Positions 13,715 to 26,800 of a stretch of DNA of 64,000 bases are shown here, piece by piece. The stretch covers positions 372,001-436,000 of the forward strand of contig MCFH01000005.1 in NCBI GenBank assembly GCA_002104945.1, given 5' to 3'. Source of the DNA: Piromyces finnis finn. Taxonomy: Eukaryota; Fungi; Neocallimastigomycota. A program made the position numbers and the translations under genes. The notes beneath the pieces were generated by a model. The model was not told the DNA's origin, did no database searches, and saw nothing but the letters and a program-made list of their open reading frames with translations. Every line of letters starts with the position of its first letter. Positions within the stretch are counted from its first letter, which is position 1.

Positions 13715-16264
13715 GAATAATAATACTAGTTTGTATAGAATTTTAAAATTATACATATAACGATAATTTATAAAAACATCTTTCAATGCCTTTTTTTTTA
13801 CTTATTTTATATCCATAATATAATAATATATTATATTAATATACTTTTGAAAAATTAAATTTTAGTGCTAATACATGTTAACATAAATTTTATTAGCCAT
13901 GAAACCAATATATTTTTAACTTGTAAAATCCTACTAAATATTAAATAATATATAAATAAAAGCAAATACAAAATGCATGTTTTATATGAATATTATTTTA
14001 TAAATTAATATTTAAAGAGTTATATTAAAATGATTTGTTATAAAAATAAACCATTTTTATTAAATATATTTTTTGTAGCATTTAAGGATTTAAGGTTTCT
14101 TATGATATTAATATTTAAATATTTTTTTATGTTAACCTAACAAATTTAATGTTTTTAAAAATAGTTTATTATTTTGCTAAAACAATGCCATAACTCTATT
14201 ATTTATGGTAATTATTATCAAATTGAATATAATTATTATAATTAATTAATATTGCATTAGTATTTTACTATGAGAATAAAAAAAATGCCTGATTAAAAAA
14301 GGCATCAACCTTTTATTAGTACAATTTTGCATTAAATATATATTATATTATTTAACCATTTAATACAAAAATAAAAAGTTACAAAGATAAATTAAGTTTA
14401 AATAAAACTATTAAACATAATTGTAGTTTATATTTATTTTTAATTTATAAAAGTAATAATATTAAAGTTACTATTATGTGGAACAATGTTATTAATACTT
14501 GAAACTTTCACCTTAAATAAATATAACCAATAAAGAATGAACCGTTTTAATATAAAATAATTAGGAATGAATTTTAAATATTATATTTTATATTAAAATA
14601 ATTATAGTACAAATAAATATGTATTAAAATTATATATCTTTTTTTATTTCAAAAAATGAAAAAAAAAAAAAAAAAGAATTGTAAAACACAAATTTAAAAA
14701 TAATAAATAATTGACCAATATTTTTTTTATAAAAATAAAATATAGAAAAAATGAATTTGTTTCATTTTTTCGGAGAAATATAATATAAATATGATATTTA
14801 TTCATTAATTTTATTTCATAGAAAAAGTTTTGTGAAATTTAAAGTAATATGAGATTTATTGTTATATACATTTAAGAGTTAGGTTATTCTACTCAAAATA
14901 TTTATCTTAAATTCAATAAAATGTAAATATGTATAATGGTACTATTAAAATAAAAAAAAAATTATAATCAAGCTATTATGCATTAATAATGATATAATTA
15001 GTCATAATATTATGATTCAACAATATTTAACCAATAATATTATTATATTTAATTAATATCAATAAAAAAGTTAGGTGTAACATAAATAAAAAAAATATTA
15101 GGAAATTAAAATAAATTTAATTTGTTTTATCAATCAATAATATATTTAATAAAAATTAAAAAAATAAATATTTTTGTGTTTTTTATATTAATAGGATGAT
15201 AATATATATTAAACTTTCTAAAATTATTTATTATTAGTATAAAATTATAAAATTTATTTATTTATCAATTGCAAGCTAATTATAACAACTGATAAATGTA
15301 AATATTTCCATGTATGATTATGAACAATGACATCTTTATTTCTTATTAAGCATTCTTAATATACATAAAATTATTATAGTTGAAAATCTAATTTATTATT
15401 TATTGTTATATATATTTAGAAATATCTTTTTATATAAAAAGGATGTTATTATTACTTGTTTTTCTTTTAACAAATACATTATTTTTGATTTGAATAATTA
15501 CTATTTAATAATAACTTTAATGAAATATATTCATTGTCACATATATATTACTCATACATTGTAATTGTCAAAATTTAAAAATATTTTAATAACTGAAATT
15601 AAATATTCCCTTTTTTGCTATCTTATTTATGATATAACAAATCAGTATAAGCGATGAATGAATAATAACTAATACAATATTATTTTAAATGCATACAGAA
15701 TAAGTTTATAATATAAAAAGTTTAATTATTAATATTAATATATAAAAGAATGGTATTATTTATCATGCTTTTATATTCTTTGACACACCCTTATACCTTT
15801 GTTCATTATTGTTTTATAAATATTAAAAAAAAAAAAAAAAATCAATTATAATTTATATTGGAAATATTTTATATTAAAAAAAGAATTTAATTAAATAATA
15901 TGGAAGATACTGATATTATTTGATAAAATAATAAATAAAAAAAAAATTAGTTTACTAAATATATATTTAACTTTATTTATTATTATTCAATATTTATGAT
16001 TAACTACTTTTTTTTTGAACCTTTATTAGTAAAAAAAACTATTTCTTTTTATATACTAGAATACTATATTCTTCATTACTTAAATAAAATAATGTTACAT
16101 TATTTATTATATTATTTTTGTATAGACTATTGTAAATTATAGGAAAAAAAATTATTAACCCTCTTGTAGTTTTATAATATATTTATTATTAATTTATTAT
16201 AAAGCCTATAAATAGTGTTTCATTCTTTTTCTTTTATTGATATATATTTTTTTTTTTTGAATGT

Positions 16265-16790
16265 TTCATGTTATAAGATTCTGGTTCGACCCCGCAGATG
16301 TCAGTGCCTGTGGATTTTCCCACTGGGTTTGCCATGGGTTGGGTTATGATATTCAGGTAAGTATAAATGAACTTTCTAATTTACTACTATGATAATAACA
16401 CTCGTCTAGCCGGCCTGAGAGGGTCTAGTGTACATGGTACATTCCAAATTAGAACTTAATAAGTGGTGACTTAGGCTATGCCAAAAACACATAATATTCC
16501 TTAATCAATTTAAGTGTAAACATTAGGGGGCGGTTGACACGTGATCAAAATTGACTATAAGAGGCTTAGTATTGTAGTTGTGAAATATCGTACAACGACA
16601 TGCATCTAATGTACATGGATTAAGTGAGCGTCGAAGCTGAAGAAACAGTATGACAGACCAGGAGGGTCACAACCACCTAGCAATAGGAATGAGCCAACGT
16701 TTCTCTAAGAACCACCATTGGAGCTAACTCTGATCGATGGGAGAAATGCACTCGGAAGTTAAAAAAAAAAAAAAAATTCATGTTATAAGA
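16265..16790 (+). mobile_element. 5'-truncated tRNA-derived SINE (non-autonomous non-LTR retroposon), 498 bp, with 14-bp target-site duplication
   Basis: TTCATGTTATAAGA at 16265-16278 and 16777-16790 flanks a GC-richer non-coding insert ending in A16 (16761-16776). The insert begins with a Pol III B-box/T-arm-like GGTTCGACCCC followed by a tRNA acceptor-like strand AGATGTCA. Confidence 0.88.
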
Positions 16791-17662
16791 AAACTAATAT
16801 AAGTTTTACATTTATTAATATAATAATTAAAAATAATAATTTTTATAATTGTATTATTATTTCAAAAATTTCAAAGCCACTTTACATATTATATAATAAT
16901 ATAAACGTATAAATGATATACTTAATTTCTATTTTTATAATAAATAACATTTTTATGACTATTAATATTATCTCAATAAAACAAAGTTTTTTTTTTGTTA
17001 CTAGACAATTAATGCATTTAATAAAAAAAATTACAATATATATGTAATAAATAAAATATATTCTAATTAAGTATTAAAAATTAAAAGGTTTACAGTTAAT
17101 ACTATTATTTATTTATCAATCACTATTGTTAGATTAATTACTGTTATTAATATTTTTGATTTATTTATATTATTTAGAAATAGCTAAAAAAAAGGATTTT
17201 TTGAATGCTAGAATTAAATAATTAAATATATATTATTATTATCATATTATCATTATACATAGAATATTCAGTTATTATTAAATATTTTAAACATGGTAAG
17301 ACAAATTAAACGATTTTAACTACCTTTACACTGGAAATTCAAATGGTTATAAAAATTGAGTAGAAAATTTAGATATTAATAAACAAAATTTAAAGAAATT
17401 TTTACAAAAAAAATCCATACAAAATATATAAAATATATTAAAGGTTACTAAGTTCAAAAAAGGAAACTTTAAAAAAAATAAAAATAATTTATAAATTAAG
17501 TATATATTTTAAAAAATTTACATAAAAACTAAAATAGAAATAAAATTTCAATAATTTAAAAGAATTTAAAAAACTTAAAAAACTCATTTTATTCAAAACA
17601 AATTATTTCAAATATTTTTAAGTAATTTTATTATATTTTTTAAATTAAATATTATTGAAATA

Positions 17663-17799
17663 TCGGCCAGAGGCCGTTCCAAAAATTGCGATCCGCCTTG
17701 TTAAAGGCGTCTCGCGGTGATTGGTTAAAAGTTTTCAATCAGCAATAATCCAGCCTCAGTTATTACTTCACAGGTATGGATATGCTCCAGTGCAAGGTT
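17663..17799 (-). ncRNA. U4: U4 spliceosomal snRNA
   Basis: Minus strand reads AACCUUGCACUGGAGCAU-AUCCAUACC UGU GA AGU AAUA ACU GA GGC UGGAU (K-turn 5' stem-loop), then UAUUGCUGAUUGAAAACUUUU (U4/U6 stem I region, near-identical to human U4), a 3' stem-loop, the Sm site AAUUUUUGG and a terminal hairpin CGGCC-UCU-GGCCG. Confidence 0.93.
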
Positions 17800-18192
17800 G
17801 AAGATTCAATATAGCAGCAGAAAATTGTTTATATTTATACATTTTAAATTTATTATTATTATCAGAATGGTTGTGAATGTATTTTTATTTTTTTTGATTG
17901 GGTAAAAATTCAATATAAATTTTAATGAATTTTATATTAATTATTTTATTATATTAAAAAGTTAAATCTTAAAATTAATAAAATTTAAAATTTTAAAAAA
18001 CATAAATATATTTAAAATGAGCATAAATTCTAAATATATAATATATAGCATATGATATTAAAATGATTAATTGTTTTTTAAAAATGCATAATATTATAGG
18101 TCAAAGTTAAATTTTCATTTTCAAAAATTTATATAATTAATTAATTTATTTTTTTTTTTCTCTTTCTTTTAATAAAGTTAATTCGGGCTAAA

Positions 18193-20580
<2,388 letters not shown>

Positions 20581-21080
20581 ATAATAATAACACAAAAATA
20601 CAAAAATATGATAATAAAAAACAAGATAACTTTTATATATATAGATAAAATTATATCCTAATATTAAAATATTTATTAATCCAAAAATTAATAATCTATA
20701 TATATATTTCTCTAATTTTAATTTGAATAAATCATTGCTATATTATCTATGTATCTATTATTATTTTTATTTCTTTTTTGTTTTGTTTTAATTAATATTA
20801 TAACTAGTATTAATATTTAAATTTATTCAATTAAAACAAATTTATCATATTAATTTGCATAATTACCACACACTACAACATTATTATATTATTGATAAAT
20901 CATAAATTATTAAAAAAAAAAAAAAAATTTTAAAAAAAAAAAAAAAATTAATTTATTGTGTAACTTAATAAAATATTATTTAACTAATTAAAAAATGAAT
21001 TTTTTATTTAATCATTATCAATTTTCTAATATATTAATTTTAATAAGGTATACAACAGAAGTATATTTTATTTATAGTAT

Positions 21081-23353
21081 TTATTCAAGATCTTTAATAA
21101 TAGTAGTTTTTTTTAACATTTTAGATAAGGACTTTTCCAGCTATATATTGAATAATTATAAGTTTAGTAGCATAATAAAATTAAAATAGTATTAAATTAA
21201 TATTGATGGAAAAAAAAGTGTTTTAATATATTATTAATACTAATACTTGCATTGGATTTCAAATCATCAGTATAAGACTGAAGAATCTTAATACATTCAT
21301 TTTTATTATATTGTATTTTTTGTAATTCTTGAATTCTTTGATTGTTCTTTTCAATTTTATTTTCTTGGTAATGAAGTAGATGAACTTTACTATTTAAATT
21401 ATTTAAAATTTCATATTGATATCTTTCAAATATTAAATAAATTAAAATAATAATTATATTATTATTAATATCACAAATAATAATTAAGAATATTTATCTA
21501 TATTTAATTATAATAATAAATTTACCCTTTTGAAAAAGCTTTTAACCATGTTTCATTAAAAACTTCAAAACTATTAATAATTTCTTTTAATTGATTTATT
21601 AATAAAAGTAATGATTTAGATGTTTGTTTTCTAATAATAGCAGGTGAATGTTGTAATATATAAGATGCTATCAAATTCGTATTAGAATAATTTGTTAACT
21701 CTTGATACTTTTGAGAAATGAAATAAAATAGCTAAAATAAAATAAAAAAAAAAATTAAAATAAAATAGATATATTAAATAATTAGAAATTTCTTTTAATT
21801 TTATTAAATTATAAAAGATAAAAAAAAAAAAAAAGTAGTTTATAGTGATCAATGAATAATAGTTACTTGTTTTATATCTGTAAAAATATGATTTCTTATG
21901 CTATTATTATATAATATATTTATATCTTTTTCGCTTTTTGGGCTTAAAGTTACCGTATTTTCTTTAATATTTGATATATTAAAGAACACTTTATAGTCAT
22001 TTATTGATGTATTACCCTTTGTAATTAAATAATCTAAATTTATTAAAACGTTAGTATTGTTACTTTCATTATCTTCATTATCTTCAATATTTTCCTATTA
22101 ATTTATTTAATTTATAATATATATACATTGTTTACATTGTTAAAAAAAAAAAGGTATTTATATATAAATAAGTAAATTACTATAAGAATTTTTATATTAT
22201 TATTATTTATATATAATTTTTAATCTGAAAATAAATATATTACATATATTCATCAACTTACTTTTTTTGTTAAGTTTTCCACTGCTTTGTAATACTGAAT
22301 AGCTTCTTTAATTTCGTTTGTTCTAATTTTATCTAGAATTTGATTTGATAGAACATCTAAATATTGATTATAGAAAGAAAGATATTCATTTTTAGATATT
22401 AACTCGACATCATTCTGATTGATCTTAACATTTTTATTTAAAATATCTTCATTTGAAATTATAGATTTCCATTCGTTAATTAATTTTTGATTTTCTTTTT
22501 CTAAAATGGTATTTGAATTTTCTATATTTTTTATGTAATTATTTATGGTTTGCTGGTCTTTTTTTAAATTGCGACTATTTTTAAAAATATTATTGAATAT
22601 ATATAGAATGTTAATATAAAACTAGAACAAAGATAAAATTTAATTATTTTCATTAAAAGTTGATTTTATAGATATATTATATTTACAGTTGAAATTGATG
22701 ACAACTATTATATATTCTGATAGTTTCGGAAATCCAACAATTATTAGTTTCCCAATTAGCTTTTATACTAAGACTTTTATTAACTCTATCTGAATTATAT
22801 TTTCCAAATAAGGTTTTATCACCACTATCTAATTGTTTTAATGCTTGGATAATGGATAATAAATCATAATAATTTATTCCTTTTTAAAAATATTAAAATT
22901 AATAATATATTAATATTTTAATACTGTTATTATGTTATTATAATGATAATATTTGAAAATATATATATATAAATATTAAAACAGCTGAAATTTAAAAATT
23001 TTCAACCTAATTTATAATTAATTTTAGCAGAATCAATAAATTTTTAATACTAATAAATTATATATTATTATTTTTATTATTATATATCCATGAACAAAAT
23101 ATTTTAGTATATAATACTAAAAAAATAAATATATTAATAAAAAATAAATCATACCATAGTCTTTATATCTTTGATGTATTTGGTCAAAACAAGACTCTTT
23201 TAATTCTTCTAATAATTCTTTTAAATCAATTGAACTTGAGGCAATTTGATTATACCAATTACTTTTTATATAATCTTTTCTAATTAAATAATCCAAAATT
23301 TCATTCTCCGGGATAATAATTTGATTTTTTGTTTCTTCAATGATTTTATTCAT
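21081..23353 (-). CDS. CDK5RAP3: CDK5RAP3/C53 (LZAP) homolog, 456 aa, 7 exons
   Basis: Exons 23353-23155, 22879-22687, 22574-22262, 22094-21867, 21731-21526, 21422-21251, 21140-21081 total 1371 nt in frame. Collinear matches to human C53 (recalled sequence): EILDYLIRK/KLLDWLVDR, INYYDLLSI..KTLFGKYNSDRV/IHYFHCLRI..KNIFGRYSSQRM, EAIQYY/EAIDVY, KGNTSINDY/RGNSTVYEW, LFYFISQKYQEL/LEIFLAQRAVEL, HSPAIIRKQT/LAPAILQGQT. Confidence 0.85.
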
Positions 23354-23865
23354 TATGATATTTACTTTTTTTTTTACATATATATATTTATTATATTTAT
23401 TATTTGTTTGTTTTTGTTTTATAATCTATTATTATTAATATTATTTTTTATTTCCAATAAAAATTTGGATTATCTTTTATATGTTATAAATTAATTTAAT
23501 TAAAATTTATATAAAATAAAGCTTAATTTACTAATAAATCTAATAAATAATCATTATTAATTATTGCAATTGTAGAAAAAGTAAAAAGTAATTACATATT
23601 GTATAATAAAATATAAATTTTATTTGATTTTATTATATAAAAATTATGTTTTGGTAAGCGTAATATTTATAAAAATAAATTTCATTATTTTTAAAGATAT
23701 TTAAATTAAAAAGATATATTGAAATAAAATATGATTATAGATATATTTAATAGTATAGTAATATAATTTAAAGAGAAAAAAAATAATAAATATATGTATA
23801 TATAACTAATTTATACAATTCAAATATTATAACTATATTTTTTTTTTAGTTAGCTTCATTGAAAT

Positions 23866-26800
23866 TTAAACCTTATTATTAGGATTTTTTCGAAGCTTTT
23901 TCGAGCTATTATGCTCAATACTTAAATCACTACTAGGACTACAACTATTATCATTATTTCCAACAGAAGATTTTCCATTGATAATTTTATTATTATTATA
24001 CTGTACTTCTCCACGACCATGTTTAACACTTCCATTTTTTACAATATTTTCATTATTCACTGATAATGAAATTGTTGTTTGAACATCAACATTTGGGTTT
24101 GGATTTGGATTAGGTCTTAAAACAGAAAATGAAGTAGCTTCTTTTTTATTACAAGAATGAACACTAAAATATTTTAAATCTTCATTTGTATTGGTAGATT
24201 GTACGGTGTTTATATCATTTCCTGAAATGATAGCATTTAATTGTGATTTAATATTTGTATGTACAGCAGATTGATTAGGTGAGGATGGTGATTGTGGTGG
24301 TGTAAGTGGTAAAGTAGCAACATTATAAGAAGATCTCTTAATATTTTTATTAATTTTAACATTTAAATTGTTAGCTATCATATTATTGATCATATTTTTA
24401 TTACTGGGTTTTTCATCACTAGTTAACGCAGGAGAAAACTTTAATTTATCATTAATTAGTTGAGGTGAATTTTTGGTTAGAATATAATCACCATTGGTAC
24501 TATTACTATATTTTGAACTTTTCTCATCATCAGTTTCTTCGCTATCGCTAAAAATATTATTTATAGCCATAAATGGTATATGTAAATTATTTTTCTTGGT
24601 CTTATAATTTTTATTACTAAAATCAGGAACTTCCTGAAGTATCTTTAACAAAATATTATCTGATCTAGAAATATGGAATTCAGAATCATGATCAATAATA
24701 AATTTAACAATTGAAGTTGTAATTTCATAATCTTTTAAAGTAGGTTCTGTATTCATTGGCTTCAAAAGATTTGGTGCAAAAACTTTCGCAAGATTGCTTG
24801 AATTCATTTGATTATACTCACTAAATTTAGTGACCAGATTAAATAAATCAAATAAATATTCTAATAATATTAAATAATTTCTTGGAAGCATCATTAAAAA
24901 TAATTGTAAAATTTTAATACGATCATTTTCACCTTCATAACTATTATAGTATCGCAATAGTGGTAAGTAGATTTCATTTGGGAATAATGAATCTGGTAAG
25001 CTACGAATATAGAGTTTTAATAAACCAGCAATGTCATAAACACTTAGATTTTCAAAAGTATCGGGACCAAGATATGGTGGCTCATCAAATGATTTTACAG
25101 AAGCTTGAATTCTTCTTTCATTGCCATTAACTCTAAAAATACCCTCCTTTTTTAAACCATACTTTTTCAAATATTGAATGCATTTATAAACAATAATTGG
25201 AATTCTTCTTGGATTTTCTTCATCTGTAGAATCTAATGAAACAGACGCATAGAGAATTGAAGTATTTAGTGGTGTTTTAAAAACAGAACATGATAAAGAA
25301 TTCTTTGTTTCTTTTTTCCAGTAAGACCACCATTTAGGAGCTAATCCATTCTTATTTTTAGCCTTTTGTTGTAAGGCCTTCAATACATCCTTTTTAATAT
25401 AGGATGAACTTTCAGGATAACTTTGTTTTAATTGTTTATAAGATACTTCTTGTAAATAATTTAATTCCTTAATATTTAACTTTTTATAGCACTTTACATA
25501 AAATTGTTTACCATCAATATCATCATTCAAATTAATCTTATCAACAATCTTTTTATTACCTCTATCAAGAGTATGATTAAAATATTGAACATTTCCATTA
25601 TTATCAGATTCAGAACTACCATTACTACTATTATTACTTCCATATGATACATTTTCGATATTTAATTTATTGTTTACTTTATCAGTTGGACACTCACTTC
25701 TTCTTGTGAATTTTTGATCCTTTTCTATAAGAAGCGGAGAAGGCGATGAAAGTTTTTTCATATGACCAACAACAGGATGTTTATTTGAAGATTCTTTAAC
25801 AGATTTAGTTTGAGAAATATAATTATTATTGAGAGTAAACTCATTATCCTCAACTTGCAAAGTCAGTTTGGTAATATTATCAGGATATGAAGAATAACTA
25901 CTAATTATTATTTCATCTTCCAGAGTAGTATTGCTACTACTATTGGTGTTATTAGATTGATTATTAATATTTTCATTACTCATATTATTACTACTTGTAT
26001 TATTATCATTATTTTGTTCATCTACATCCTTTCCTTTAATAATCTGATTCTTATCATCATTAAAAGAAACATTTCTTTTATGACGAATATGCGTAGAACG
26101 ATCTAATGTTGAATGATTTCTATCATTTTTTGAACTTTCTAATATATTTTTTGATACTGATAAAGTTGAATCTTGTTGATTTTGAATAATAGGTACAGAA
26201 ATTTTAAAATCTGGTGAGATATTATTATTAACTGGCACATTGGAAATGCCATCATTAGTATTAGAGTTATCATTAAGATATGGAGATGGTGAGGAAACAG
26301 AAGAATTTGACGGTAATGCATAAAGGTCATCATATTTATTAGACTTGATTGAATTATTACCATTTTGAATTTGTTCTTGTAATTGTTCTTTAAACTGATG
26401 TTCTATATTATATGAAGAAACTCTTTTATTAATAGTAGAGCTATTTATTTGGCTTTGTTTGTCCTCACCTTGGGATGTTGGAGAAACTGCAATAGTAGAA
26501 GATACTTTTGGAATAGTTTGAATAGAATGAACAGATAAAGTAGGCGAATTAGTAATAGAAGCGGCATAAGTGATAGGTGGTGTACGAGCTAATGACTTGT
26601 AATTGAATGAATTCATTGGCATTTCTGGATGACTGCTTCTACCTAATTTTTCATTTGCCAATATTGGATTGTTACTACTACTAATTTGATTTAATGATGC
26701 ACTATTATATCCCAATATGGAATTATTTCTTTTTGGTGATGTTGCCATTGCTGATGATAATCTTGGTGATGATATAACTTGTGAATTTAATTTTGATGAA

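Noticed and set aside
16283-16303. Intact tRNA gene
   Set aside because: Only the T-arm and 3' acceptor strand are present; no D-arm or anticodon arm.
16354-16364. Minus-strand ATACTTACCTG as the 5' end of a U1 snRNA
   Set aside because: No U1 stem-loop I (GAUCAC) or II (AUUGCAC) loops and no Sm site follow. Better read as a plus-strand splice donor.
16407-16424. TAGCCGGCCTGAGAGGGT, identical to a stretch of bacterial 16S rRNA as I recall it
   Set aside because: Only 18 nt and the flanks diverge immediately. No rRNA gene or contamination is supported.
16637-16746. Hammerhead, HDV or group I/II ribozyme in the SINE (CTGAAGA, GACTA, GAAA motifs)
   Set aside because: Could not assemble the required stems and conserved cores by eye. 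An Infernal scan would be decisive.
17663-17799. GC island as a CDK1 promoter with E2F/CCAAT sites
   Set aside because: Fully explained by the minus-strand U4 snRNA sequence and structure.
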